A stretch of 64,000 nucleotides of DNA, taken from the NCBI GenBank assembly GCA_965223845.1, contig CBDCXR010000004.1, positions 5,504,001 through 5,568,000 of the forward strand. The letters are read 5' to 3'. The position numbers and the translations under genes were made by a program. The stretch's first letter is position 1. The number at the start of each line of letters is the position of its first letter. The notes beneath the pieces are model-generated. The model made no database searches and was not told the DNA's origin. It worked only from the letters and a program-made list of their open reading frames with translations. This DNA is from Planctomycetota bacterium (lineage in GTDB: Bacteria; Planctomycetota; UBA8108; SXIK01). This document shows, in pieces, positions 18,999 through 29,044 of this stretch.

Positions 18999-19933
18999 TG
19001 GCAGCGGCCGAATCGACGATGCGAACCCCGCCCGCGCCGCTTCGCGCACTGCGACGGTCGAGCGGCGTCACCCTCGTCGAACTCATCGTCGGTCTGTCGC
19101 TCATGACCGCGGTCGTCGGCGGCGCGTTCCTCGCCCTCAATGCGGGGATGTCGAGCCAAGAATTCGCCTATCAGAGAATGGAGACGCTCCAGCGCGCCCG
19201 CGCGGCTCTCGCGCTCATCGCGGCCGATCTTCGGAGCGCGTGTGTGTGGGACTCGATGCAGTTCGAGCTCATCGGAGTCGACCGCAAGCTCGGCGAGATC
19301 GAGGCAGACAACATCGACTTCGCTACCCACAACTATCGTCCGGCTCGCCCGGGCGAGGCGGATTTCGCGGAGGTGAGCTACTTCGTCGATCGAAACCCGC
19401 TCTCGGGTGAGCTCGGGATTTGGCGGCGGCGGGATCCCACTCCCGACGAGCTGCCGATGGAAGGAGGCCAGAAGGAGGAGATCATCCGCGGCGTGCGACA
19501 GCTCCGCTTCGAGTACACCGACGGGTACGTCTGGTACGACAGCTGGGGCAGCACTCGGATGGAGGATCGCGAGCAGCGACCTCGTCCCGGCCAAAACCGG
19601 GGCAACGAGCCGGGGAGCGAGAACGAAGGATCGCCGGGGGAAGAGGATCCGACCGATCCCTCCCTCCTCATGGCGGGAAACCTCTACGGACTCCCGAAGG
19701 CGATCCGCATCACGATCAAGATTTCCGAGGTCGAGGAAGAGGAGCGGAGCCGCACCACGACGCTCGGCGTAGACGACGCCACCGCTAGCTCCATCGCGGG
19801 AAGCGATTCGGGTGTGACATTTCAAACGATCGTCAACCTCGAGCTCGAGGGCCGAGAGTTCGCGACCGCGAATTCCTCGGGCGCGTCGAACTCGATGGAC
19901 GGCGGTAACGACTCGTCGGAGGACGGGCAATGA
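18998..19933 (+). CDS. gspJ: minor pseudopilin GspJ-like
   Basis: GVTLVELIVGLSLM, RAALALIAADLRSA, EVSYFV, LPKAIRITI; TGATG overlap at 18996-19000. Confidence 0.82.
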   Translation: MAAAESTMRTPPAPLRALRRSSGVTLVELIVGLSLMTAVVGGAFLALNAGMSSQEFAYQRMETLQRARAALALIAADLRSACVWDSMQFELIGVDRKLGEIEADNIDFATHNYRPARPGEADFAEVSYFVDRNPLSGELGIWRRRDPTPDELPMEGGQKEEIIRGVRQLRFEYTDGYVWYDSWGSTRMEDREQRPRPGQNRGNEPGSENEGSPGEEDPTDPSLLMAGNLYGLPKAIRITIKISEVEEEERSRTTTLGVDDATASSIAGSDSGVTFQTIVNLELEGREFATANSSGASNSMDGGNDSSEDGQ

Positions 19934-21369
19934 TCCGCTTCGAACGACGAGAGCGCGGCCGGATCGTCCCGACGGAGCTCCCTCGGACGACGCTGCGCTC
20001 GGGCTCGGCGCTCGTCGCGGTGATGTGGAGCGTCGTCCTTCTCGGCAGCGTCGTCGTCGGCCTCCTGCACACGACGACTCTCGAGCTTCGCATCGCAAAG
20101 AACTTCGGCGATCGCTGCCAAGCGCACTATCTGGCCCTCGCCGGGATCGAAAAAGCGAAGGCGATGATCGATCTCGAAATCGAGGAGCGAAAGACGAACG
20201 GAACGAACTATCGCTCGAAGCTGCGCGACGACGCCAGCGCATTCCGCGACGTGAAGCTCGGTCGCGGCATCTACCGAGTCTACCGGACGGGGGACCGCGG
20301 CGATGACCAGGGTCGACTGATCTACGGACTCAGCGACGAAGAGAGTCGCATCAACATCAACACGATCGACCTCGGGCAGCTCGACAAGCTCCCCGGCTTC
20401 ACGAGCGCCACCGCGGCGGCGATCACGGACTGGCGGGATTTCGATCAGGAACCCTCCGAGGAAGGGGCCGAGCAGCCCGTCTACGCGGAGCAACCCGTTC
20501 CCTATCTCGTGCGAAACGGACCGATCGAGACGCTGCGCGAGCTTCTCTTCGTGCGCGGCGTTCGCCCGGAGCTGCTTCTCGGTGAAGACCAAAACGCCAA
20601 TGGCGTGCTCGACCCGGAGGAGCAAGACGGAGCCGCGAGTGCCCCCATGGACAACGGCGACGCGATCCTCGATCGAGGCTGGTCGCAGTATCTCGCCACG
20701 GAATCCGCGGCGCGCAACGTGAGTGCGAAGGACGAAAGGCGGCTCAACATCAACTTCGCGACGCAGGACGAGCTCGCCGCCCTGCCGGACATCAGCGACG
20801 ACCTCGCGAAGTCGATCGTCGAGTTTCGCGAATCGAATCAATTCTCCAGCATCATCGACCTCCTCAACGTCCGGCGCATGCAGCAGCGAAACGATAACAA
20901 CGCCCGACGCGAAGGGGGCAACGAGACGGACGGAGGAGACGGCGGTCGACAATCTCAGAACCTCGAGGCGACGGGCGATCCGCTGATCGACCGCGAGCTC
21001 CTCAAGAAGATCGCGGACGATGTGACGACGAACTTCGGCGTTACGCAGGCGGGCGTCGTCAACGTCAACTCCGCGAGCGCACGTGTCCTCTCGATGCTTC
21101 CGGGAATCGACGACGAGCTCGCCCAGGCGATCGTCCAGCATCGCCGGCAGAACCAGCACTTTCCCACGATCGCCCATCTCCTCGACGTACGCGGCATGGA
21201 TCAGGACAAGCTGAAGGAGCTAGCGAACTCGTTGACGACGCGCTCGGACACGTGGCGCGTTTTCAGCGAAGGATTCGTGCCTTCGACCGGCGCGCGGAAA
21301 CGCATCGAGGTGATCATTCGCATGGGAACCTTCGGGGTCGACACCCTCTACTATCGGGAGGACCTGTGA
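19930..21369 (+). CDS. gspK: minor pseudopilin GspK-like with HhH repeats
   Basis: GSALVAVMWSVVLL (no Glu5, typical of GspK), DEESRININT, AITDWRD, RNGPIETLRELLFVRG. Confidence 0.88.
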   Translation: MIRFERRERGRIVPTELPRTTLRSGSALVAVMWSVVLLGSVVVGLLHTTTLELRIAKNFGDRCQAHYLALAGIEKAKAMIDLEIEERKTNGTNYRSKLRDDASAFRDVKLGRGIYRVYRTGDRGDDQGRLIYGLSDEESRININTIDLGQLDKLPGFTSATAAAITDWRDFDQEPSEEGAEQPVYAEQPVPYLVRNGPIETLRELLFVRGVRPELLLGEDQNANGVLDPEEQDGAASAPMDNGDAILDRGWSQYLATESAARNVSAKDERRLNINFATQDELAALPDISDDLAKSIVEFRESNQFSSIIDLLNVRRMQQRNDNNARREGGNETDGGDGGRQSQNLEATGDPLIDRELLKKIADDVTTNFGVTQAGVVNVNSASARVLSMLPGIDDELAQAIVQHRRQNQHFPTIAHLLDVRGMDQDKLKELANSLTTRSDTWRVFSEGFVPSTGARKRIEVIIRMGTFGVDTLYYREDL

Positions 21370-23285
21370 GACGAAAGAGTGCCCCCGGAAAGGGGGATCC
21401 AGTCATCGACCTCGGCCTCGGGACGCTCAAGGTCCTGTGGGGACGCCGAAAGCTCGAGCTCGACTTCGAGCCCGGTGCCGATGGCGCTCTGCCTCGCGAC
21501 CGGAAGGAAGAGCTTCAGCGGAGCGTCCGCTCCTTCCTCGGCCTCTCCGAAGGCGACGCCGCGAGCGCTCGACTTCGTCCGGCCCTCTGCGGCGTGTCGG
21601 CACTCGGGGTTTCGCTCCGAACGCTCGAACTTCCCCCCGTGCCGCGGGATGACCTGCCCGCGATTCTTCGGCTGCAGCTCGAGCGCTCGTTCCCACTCCC
21701 GCCGGAAGAGATCGCCTTCGGCTACTACCGATTCGCGCCGAGCCAGAACGGCGTGCGACCGCTCGGCGCGGGCGAAGCGGGTGAGCTTCTCGTCGCGGCG
21801 ACGCGCCGCGCGGCGATCGAAGAGTATCGCGACTTCCTCGCGGGATGTGGTCTGCGCGCGCATTTCGCGCTCGCGCCGCTGGCTGCGTGCGAAACGTGTA
21901 CCTTCGGCGCGCATCGCGTCTTCCTCGTCGACATCGGGCGGCATCAGACCGAAATCCTCGCGCTCGAAGGACGGCGACCGCGCGCAGTGCGAACGCTTCC
22001 GTGGGGCGGAGAAACCGTCACGGCGGCGATCGCAGCGGCTCTCGGGGTCGAGCGCGAACGCGCCGAAGAGCTGAAGACGAACGATCCGGCGAACCCGGAT
22101 GTCGCCGGAGCCATCGAATCCTCGACGCGAGAATTCGCGCGTCGACTGGCCGACGTCCTCGCGGTGCTCTCGCGCGACTCCGGTGCGACAGAGTCCTCGG
22201 CGTCGGTCGTCCTCCTCGGTGGAGGTTCGCGTCTCGGCGGCCTCGCATCGACTCTCGAGCAAACGCTGTCGGTGACGGTCGAACGCGCACCCGTGCCGGG
22301 CGACGGGATCTCCTCCGTGCTCGCCGGACTGCGCCGGCAACTCGAACCAACGGGACGCGCGTCGGAGCTCCGCTTCGAGATCGCCGAACGCAGCGAGGCG
22401 GAGCGACCCCAAACGAAACGGTCGTCGATCGCCGTCTGGGCCGTCGCGGCTCTGCTCCTCGGCGCGGCGAGTCTCGCCCTCCGGTTCATCCCGGCGGCGC
22501 TCGAACGACCGGAGCTCCAAGCCGAGATCACTACGCTCGAGGAACGCGTGTCGCGGCAGCCGTCGGTCGACGCCGAGCTCGGCTTCCTTCAGTCCCTAGA
22601 ATCACGCCGCGCGCCGTACCTCCAGACGCTTGCGGCAATCGCTTCGGCGGCACCGAAGGGATCGTTCTTCACGGAGATCGACCTCACTCGCGCGGGCACG
22701 GTGTCATTTCGCGGGACCGTGAAGAACACAGCCGAGCTCCACGCATTTCGCGAGAAGCTTCACGCGACCGGCCGCTTCGAGCGAGTCGTCGTTCAGAATC
22801 AGATCCCGAAGAAGAAGAAGCTCGACGTGCAGCTCTACGCGCAAGTCGACCTCGACGCGCCGCCCCTCCCCGAACCCGAGGACGCTCCCGACGACGCAAA
22901 GAAAGACGGCGAGAAGAAACCGGGCGAGGCCGAAAAGGACGGCGGAAAGAAGAAGACCGACGAAGCGAAGCCGAGCGAGGCCGAAAAGGACGGCGAGAAG
23001 TCGGAGAAAGCTGACCCGGCGGCTCCACCGAAGGCGAGCGGCGAAGCGATCTCCGCCGAAACGTCCGGCGAGAAGAAAGCCGCCGGGGAGAGCGCGGGCA
23101 AGGCGGATGCGAACGCCGCGGCCGCCGCGGCGAAGGCGGCGGAGGCGAAGTCGGCCGAGGCGGTGAACTCGTCCGTCGCGCCCATCGAGAGCTTGAAGAT
23201 CCTCGACTCGAGCTCCTTCAGTACCGACGAGTTGCGTGCCGTCGAGACTCACATCGAGATCATTTCCGCCGAGGAGGGAAGCTGA
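21366..23285 (+). CDS. gspL: GspL / PilM-PilN-like fused assembly protein
   Basis: Actin-like motifs VIDLGLGTLKV, LVDIGRHQT, WGGETVTAAIA and VLLGGGSRLGGL; a TM; a PilN-like periplasmic domain; a K/E-rich tail. GTG at 21366 overlaps the gspK stop. Confidence 0.75.
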   Translation: MRRKSAPGKGDPVIDLGLGTLKVLWGRRKLELDFEPGADGALPRDRKEELQRSVRSFLGLSEGDAASARLRPALCGVSALGVSLRTLELPPVPRDDLPAILRLQLERSFPLPPEEIAFGYYRFAPSQNGVRPLGAGEAGELLVAATRRAAIEEYRDFLAGCGLRAHFALAPLAACETCTFGAHRVFLVDIGRHQTEILALEGRRPRAVRTLPWGGETVTAAIAAALGVERERAEELKTNDPANPDVAGAIESSTREFARRLADVLAVLSRDSGATESSASVVLLGGGSRLGGLASTLEQTLSVTVERAPVPGDGISSVLAGLRRQLEPTGRASELRFEIAERSEAERPQTKRSSIAVWAVAALLLGAASLALRFIPAALERPELQAEITTLEERVSRQPSVDAELGFLQSLESRRAPYLQTLAAIASAAPKGSFFTEIDLTRAGTVSFRGTVKNTAELHAFREKLHATGRFERVVVQNQIPKKKKLDVQLYAQVDLDAPPLPEPEDAPDDAKKDGEKKPGEAEKDGGKKKTDEAKPSEAEKDGEKSEKADPAAPPKASGEAISAETSGEKKAAGESAGKADANAAAAAAKAAEAKSAEAVNSSVAPIESLKILDSSSFSTDELRAVETHIEIISAEEGS

Positions 23286-23866
23286 TGCGCGCGCTGAACG
23301 AACGAGAGAAACGCACGGTTCGAATCGCGATCGCGTTCGTCCTCATCTATCTTCCGCTTTCCTTCGGTCCGCGCCTCTGGCGCTCGCTGAAGGCCGTCGA
23401 GGACGAGCGCAACGTCCTCGCCGAGACCGCGACCGGGCTCAAGTCGCAGCTCCAGCGCGAGTGGATCAAGCAGGAGAAGACGGTGAAGCTACGCGAATCG
23501 CTCGGAATCGAGCTCGCGAAGCTGAACGACGCGACGCTCGTCGCCGAGGCGACGGAGGCGATCTACGCGACCGCGAAGGCGAGTGGAGTCGGGATCGGGG
23601 GGTGGCGCGAATCACCGTCGGGCGGACGCGGTCGCGAGTTGTCGACTCTCCATCTCGACTGCGGCGGATCGATCGAGGGATTCGTGAAATTCGTCCACGG
23701 TGTCGAGCATCTCGGTTATCCGCTCAGCATCGATCGCCTCAACGTCAAAGTGAATGAAAAGAGCCCCGGCAAGGCATCGTTCAGTCTCTCCATCGTCGTC
23801 TACAGCGTCGACGCCGCAAAGCGTCCGCCGACGCCTGCGTCCTCCCTCGCCTCACCCGGAATCTAG
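23285..23866 (+). CDS. gspM: GspM/PilO-like protein
   Basis: ALNEREKRTV followed by a TM, a coiled coil and a ferredoxin-like C-terminus (CGGSIEGFVKFVHGVE...LSIDRLNV). Confidence 0.72.
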   Translation: MRALNEREKRTVRIAIAFVLIYLPLSFGPRLWRSLKAVEDERNVLAETATGLKSQLQREWIKQEKTVKLRESLGIELAKLNDATLVAEATEAIYATAKASGVGIGGWRESPSGGRGRELSTLHLDCGGSIEGFVKFVHGVEHLGYPLSIDRLNVKVNEKSPGKASFSLSIVVYSVDAAKRPPTPASSLASPGI

Positions 23867-23877
23867 ACTCGGTCTCC

Positions 23878-24639
23878 ATGCAAGTAGCGACATTGATCCT
23901 CAAGCTCCTCACCCTCGTCCTCGCGCTCGTCGTCGGCTGGCAGGCCTATTCGTGGGCGTCGGGGGACCCGGACGAAGGCGGAATGATCGCGATCGTCGGT
24001 GCCGGCGATGAGTTCGCGGCGGGCCGCGGCCCACTCGAAACTCCGCGCGAATCAGATCCGACGGAATCTATCGGGAACGGCGACCCCGAGAAGAAGGAGG
24101 TCGCGGAGGGAGAGAGGACGGGCGAGACGGAAGAGGGTGCCGCCGGCGAGCCCAAGAAGGATGAGAAGGACAAGAAGGACAAGAAGGACGGAGGCAAGAC
24201 GAAGGAAGCCGAGAAGAAGCGAACGCTTCCCGAGCTGCCGAAGTCTCTCGCGACGATCGCCGCCTCGGGGATCCTCGGCAAGGCGCCGGTAAAACAAAAG
24301 CCGCCGCCCGCGCTCATCGGGTTCGTCGGGGACGCGGCCATCATCCGCTCGCCGGGCGGACGTGAAGATCTCGTTCGCGCCGGCGGCGAGATCGACGGCG
24401 TGAAGGTGCTCGAAATCGGCGTGAATCGAGTGCTGATCGAGTACCAGAACAAGAAACTCGAGCTCATGGTCTACGCGGGTCAGGGCGGAGAGTCTCTCCT
24501 CCCGCCGAAGAAGGCCGCGCCCGAGGCGGAGAAGAAAGCGTCTTCTCCAGCGAAGGCGGCCTCACCTGAAGCGGCCCCCACGAAAGAATCCGAAGCGGCC
24601 CAGCCCACGGCCCAGCCCAAAAAGGACTCACGCGCATGA
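23878..24639 (+). CDS. GspC/PilP-like protein
   Basis: N-terminal TM, K/E-rich linker, and an HR-like domain LIGFVGDAAII...GGEIDGVKVLEIGVNRVLIEY. Lies immediately before the secretin. Confidence 0.6.
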   Translation: MQVATLILKLLTLVLALVVGWQAYSWASGDPDEGGMIAIVGAGDEFAAGRGPLETPRESDPTESIGNGDPEKKEVAEGERTGETEEGAAGEPKKDEKDKKDKKDGGKTKEAEKKRTLPELPKSLATIAASGILGKAPVKQKPPPALIGFVGDAAIIRSPGGREDLVRAGGEIDGVKVLEIGVNRVLIEYQNKKLELMVYAGQGGESLLPPKKAAPEAEKKASSPAKAASPEAAPTKESEAAQPTAQPKKDSRA

Positions 24640-27600
24640 TTCCCTCGAACTCTCGCGGCGCGCAGCGCGCGTCGTGCGCCCGCACTGAGCTCGCAATCGC
24701 TGCGATGCTTGCGATCGCCCTCGGCGTCTCTCCTGTCGCGGCGCAAGAAAACGCTCCGCCGCCGTCGCCCGCGCCGACACCGCCAGCGCCGGCAGATGGC
24801 GCCGCTCCGGCACCCGCTCCGGACGGAACGAAGCCGGCCGAGACGAAACCCGCCGAGACGAAACCCACCGAGACGAAACCCACCGAGAAGCCCGACGAAG
24901 TCCAGCTCAGCTTCCAAGGCGCGAAGATCGACGTCGTCCTCAAGTGGCTGAATCAGGTTACGGGGAAGACCATCATCAAGCACCCGAAGGTGAACGTACA
25001 GCTGAGCGTCATGAGCACGCGAAAGCTGACGAAGGCACAAGCGATGCGGATGGTCTATCAGGCGCTGTCGCTCCAGGGCATCACCGCCGTCGAATCGAAA
25101 GAAGCCATCTACGTCCTTCCCGAGGGGGAAGCGTCGAAGATCCCGCCCTCCTGGCTCGGCGGGTCCGACGGCGAGGTGCTCGAAGGAAAGCACATCGTCG
25201 CTGTTCCCTTCCGGCTCTCGCACGCGAAGCCGAGCGCTCTCCAGGAGAAGGTCAAGAGCGTCCTCTCTCCGCAGGCGAAAATCCAGATCGACGACGGCGC
25301 AAGGAGTCTCATCATCACCGACTCCGCCGACAACGTGCGGCTCGCGCGCGAGTTCATCCGCGAGCTCGACGTCCCGACGACGTCGGATGCGGTGACGAAG
25401 ATCATCACGATCGAACACGCGAAACCCGACGACATCTCGAGTCTCATCAAGAAGATGTACGCGAGCGGGAAGCCGATACCGAAGGAGGACGGCGAAGGCG
25501 ACGGCAAACCGACCGTGACCGTCGCGGCGGACAGCATTCGGCTCTTCACTCTGCCGCCGAATCGCCTCCACATCACCGCTCCCCGATCGATCATCGACCG
25601 GATCGAAAAGATGATCGAGACGCTCGACGTCCCGATCGAGCAGGACGTCGCGGTCCGTGTGATCCAGCTCGGGCACGTCGACGCGGAGGAGCTCGCGGAG
25701 GAACTGAGCGACATGTACCGGAGTCTCCGCCGCGAGAGCGGCGAGATGCGGGAGGTGTCGGCGAATCAGCGCTCGAATTCGATCATCGTCCTCTCGTCGA
25801 AGCGCGACTTCGAAGACATCAAAAAGCTCGTCGATACTCTCGACACGCCGGAAGCTGAGAAGGCCGTGTGGAAGACCGTTCTCCTCGAAAACCACGACGC
25901 CGAGGATCTCGCCGAGCAACTCACGGAGCTCTACCAGGGAATGAGCGGCTCGTCGTCCCGTTACGGCTATTACGACTACTGGGGTTACTCCTACCGCCGA
26001 CGGCGGGGGAACAACAATACGGAGACTCGCTTCGTCGCCGACCGCCGGCGGAACGCGATCATGATCCTCGCTGCGCCGGGTCAGCTGAAGTCGATTGAAG
26101 ATATGGTGAAGGAGATGGATGCACCCGTCGACGGATCCGATCTCGCCCCGCGAATCATCCCCCTCAAGTACGTCCGGGCGTACGACGTCGAAGACGTCTT
26201 GAACACGCTCTTCCTCAAGAAGGACACGCGCAGCTACTGGGACTGGGATTCGTACGACGAAGAAGACAACGACATCGGACGCCTCTACGGCAAGGTGCGG
26301 ATAACGAGCGAGTCGTATTCGAACTCGATCATCGTCGCGAGTAACTCGGAAGAGAATCTCGCGGCGATCGAAGAAGTCGTCCGGAAGCTCGACGTCGCCT
26401 CGCCCACGGGAGAAACGACGCTGCGAGTTCCTCTCAATCACGCGCGGGCGGTCACGGTCGCGAACAATCTCAATATTCTCTTCGCACAGGCTGGTGCGGG
26501 AGCGGTACGGCAGAACCGCCAGCAGGAGCAAAACCGAAATCAGCCGCAGCAACAGAACAACGAGACGCTATCGCGCGGGTACGAGCTCGAGGAGGACATC
26601 CTCGAGGAGGCGTACTTCCCGTGGCTGACCAGCGGCGAGCGCGAAGGACGGCAGACGCTCTCCGGGCGGCCGGTGCGGACCGGAGGCGATCTCGTCGGCA
26701 AGGTGCGCGTCGTTCCGGATCACCGAACGAACTCGCTCCTCATCACGACGAACTCTCACCTCTTCTCTCCGGTGATCAGTCTCGTCGACGAGCTCGACAT
26801 CCCGACCGCGCAGGTTCTCATCGAGGCGGAGATCATCGAGATCTCTCAAGACGATCGCGAGCGGCTCGGCCTGCGCTTCTCGCCGGATGGGGCGCGCGTC
26901 TTCGACGACGAGGACTTCGACAATTCGCTCATCGGCCGGGGAATGGGCGAGTACACCGAGGTGTTCAGCGGCTCTCGGCTCCCCGACGCCATGCGGACCG
27001 GAATTCTTTCGAGCGCAATCGACCTCGACGTTCTGGTCCAGTTCCTCCGGAAGAACACTTCAGCGCGGATCCGCGCCGAGCCGCGCATCAACGTCTCGAA
27101 CAACGGCCTCGGACAGGCCTTCGTCGGCTCGCGGATTCCCTTCATCGATCAGAGCCAGCTCACGACGGAAGGAGCACGAAACGACACTTTCGACTACATC
27201 GATGTCGGAATCATCTTCGAGGTCCGGCCGCGGATCAACTCGGACAACGAAGTTGCGCTCTCGATCCGCGTCGAGTCGTCGAGCACGCGAAAGGGTGAAA
27301 CCCTCTTCGGCGGCGCGATCATCGACACGCGCGATTACCGCACGGAACTCACGGTAGCAAGCGGGCAAACCATCGTGCTCGGCGGGATCATTCAGCAAGA
27401 AGAATCGGAAATCATCTACAAGGTACCGGTGCTCGGCGACATCCCCCTCCTCGGTCTCCTCTTCACGAAGAAGGACACTTCAATGCGGGATATCGAGCTC
27501 ATGGTCCTTCTCCGCCCGACCGTCACGCGCAGTCTCGAAGACGTCGAGCGTCTGCGGCGCGAGGAGCTCCGGAACGCGGTGCGCGTCCGCGAGTGGACCG

Positions 27601-27647
27601 AATCGCGGGAAGAGGAAGCGAAGGAGGAGAGCGACGAAGCGGAGTGA
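24636..27647 (+). CDS. gspD: secretin GspD with an extended N-domain array
   Basis: Signal peptide, N0 domain, six NolW/KH-like repeats, secretin core QVLIEAEIIE...GQTIVLGGII...KVPVLGDIPLLGLLF...ELMVLLRPTV. Confidence 0.92.
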   Translation: MIPSNSRGAQRASCARTELAIAAMLAIALGVSPVAAQENAPPPSPAPTPPAPADGAAPAPAPDGTKPAETKPAETKPTETKPTEKPDEVQLSFQGAKIDVVLKWLNQVTGKTIIKHPKVNVQLSVMSTRKLTKAQAMRMVYQALSLQGITAVESKEAIYVLPEGEASKIPPSWLGGSDGEVLEGKHIVAVPFRLSHAKPSALQEKVKSVLSPQAKIQIDDGARSLIITDSADNVRLAREFIRELDVPTTSDAVTKIITIEHAKPDDISSLIKKMYASGKPIPKEDGEGDGKPTVTVAADSIRLFTLPPNRLHITAPRSIIDRIEKMIETLDVPIEQDVAVRVIQLGHVDAEELAEELSDMYRSLRRESGEMREVSANQRSNSIIVLSSKRDFEDIKKLVDTLDTPEAEKAVWKTVLLENHDAEDLAEQLTELYQGMSGSSSRYGYYDYWGYSYRRRRGNNNTETRFVADRRRNAIMILAAPGQLKSIEDMVKEMDAPVDGSDLAPRIIPLKYVRAYDVEDVLNTLFLKKDTRSYWDWDSYDEEDNDIGRLYGKVRITSESYSNSIIVASNSEENLAAIEEVVRKLDVASPTGETTLRVPLNHARAVTVANNLNILFAQAGAGAVRQNRQQEQNRNQPQQQNNETLSRGYELEEDILEEAYFPWLTSGEREGRQTLSGRPVRTGGDLVGKVRVVPDHRTNSLLITTNSHLFSPVISLVDELDIPTAQVLIEAEIIEISQDDRERLGLRFSPDGARVFDDEDFDNSLIGRGMGEYTEVFSGSRLPDAMRTGILSSAIDLDVLVQFLRKNTSARIRAEPRINVSNNGLGQAFVGSRIPFIDQSQLTTEGARNDTFDYIDVGIIFEVRPRINSDNEVALSIRVESSSTRKGETLFGGAIIDTRDYRTELTVASGQTIVLGGIIQQEESEIIYKVPVLGDIPLLGLLFTKKDTSMRDIELMVLLRPTVTRSLEDVERLRREELRNAVRVREWTESREEEAKEESDEAE

Positions 27648-27697
27648 CCCGACCGCGCTCGGTGGATCTTCCTTCCGGGGAGTGGCATATAGGGGCC

Positions 27698-28486
27698 ATG
27701 TCCCATCTCGTCACGCCGCTCTTTCACCGCGAGTTCGGCGGTCGGCCGCGTCTGCCGCTCGTCATCCTTCACGGGTTTCTCGGGTCGTCCCGCAACTGGC
27801 AGATCATGGGGCGGCATCTCGCGGACGACTTCCACGTCTACCTCGTCGATCTCCGCAACCACGGTCAATCGCCGCACGTCGAAGGCTCGGGCTACGCTGC
27901 CCAGGCGGACGATCTCCTCCGCTGGCTCGACTCGCAGCGACTCGCGCGGGCGCACCTTCTCGGCCACAGCATGGGCGGAAAGGTCGCCATGCGCTTCGCG
28001 TGCGAGCATCCCGAGCGCGTCTCGCGCCTCACGGTCGTCGACATCGCGCCGCGCGAATACCGAGCTGGCTCAGCGGAGCTGCGCGCGATGGTGAATCTCG
28101 ATCTCGGAAGCGTTGAGAGCCGCCGGGGAGCCTCCGAGCTGCTTCGCGCAGAGGTGCCCGACGAGGCGACGCGGAACTTTCTTCTCACGAATCTCGCGCG
28201 CACGGAGGACGGACAGTACCGCTGGACCGTGCATCTCGAGGCGCTCGACGCCGGGCTGCCGGAGCTTCGACGTTCGCCGCTCCTTCCCGATCACATCTAC
28301 CGCGGCGCTGTCCAGTGGATCGTCGCTGGCCGTTCGAGCTTCGTCGAGCCGAACGACGAAGACATCTTCCGCCGTCACTTCTCGGACTACCGTCTCGACC
28401 GCATCGAAGAGAGCGGGCACAACCCGCACGTCGAGGCGCCGGCGCGCTTTCGCGAACTCATCCTCGAGTTCGGCGGCTCGGCTTAG
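27698..28486 (+). CDS. alpha/beta hydrolase (YbfF/ABHD11-like esterase)
   Basis: ILHGFLGSSRNW, DLRNHGQSPH, GHSMGGK, VVDIAP, SGHNPHVEAP. Confidence 0.9.
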   Translation: MSHLVTPLFHREFGGRPRLPLVILHGFLGSSRNWQIMGRHLADDFHVYLVDLRNHGQSPHVEGSGYAAQADDLLRWLDSQRLARAHLLGHSMGGKVAMRFACEHPERVSRLTVVDIAPREYRAGSAELRAMVNLDLGSVESRRGASELLRAEVPDEATRNFLLTNLARTEDGQYRWTVHLEALDAGLPELRRSPLLPDHIYRGAVQWIVAGRSSFVEPNDEDIFRRHFSDYRLDRIEESGHNPHVEAPARFRELILEFGGSA

Positions 28487-28513
28487 ACCGTACCTGCCGC
28501 CTTCGCGACCGAA

Positions 28514-29044
28514 TCAGCGCGGCGGCGCGCCCCCTTTGCGTACGTAGACGCGAAAACTGCAGTCGTACGCATGCTTCCCGTCCGCCGCGAACCGTTCGTC
28601 CTCGACGAGCTGCCACCCGTCGAGCGAGCCCCCGGGGAAATAGACGTCACCGTCGACTTCCGCATGGACGAGTGTCAGGTAGAGCCGATTCGAGCGCGGC
28701 AGAGCTTCGGCGAACACGTTCTCGCCTCCGATCACGAAAACCTCCGAATCGTCCGCCGCCGCCTCGAGTGCCGCGTCGAGCGATCGGACGACCAGCGCGC
28801 CTTCGATTCCGCTCCCCTCTCGACGGGAAAGAACGATGCTCGTCCGGCCGGGAAGCGGTCGTCCGATCGACTCCCATGTTCGCCGGCCCATGACGATGTG
28901 GTGCCCCATCGTGAGCCGGCGGAATCGCTTCAGATCGCGCGGTAGATGCCAGGGGAGGTCGCCTCCGCGACCGATGACGAAGTTCTCGCTGGCCGCGACG
29001 ATGCACGAGAGGATCGGGGCGTCCGCCTTCGTTCCGCGGTTCAC
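28514..29044 (-). CDS. folA: dihydrofolate reductase
   Basis: [47 protein letters not shown]. Confidence 0.96.
   Translation of the reverse strand: MNRGTKADAPILSCIVAASENFVIGRGGDLPWHLPRDLKRFRRLTMGHHIVMGRRTWESIGRPLPGRTSIVLSRREGSGIEGALVVRSLDAALEAAADDSEVFVIGGENVFAEALPRSNRLYLTLVHAEVDGDVYFPGGSLDGWQLVEDERFAADGKHAYDCSFRVYVRKGGAPPR

Noticed and set aside
14168-27647. Retractile type IV pilus operon
   Set aside because: It has a GspG-type major pseudopilin and a GspK, and no PilT or PilA in the cluster, so T2SS fits better.
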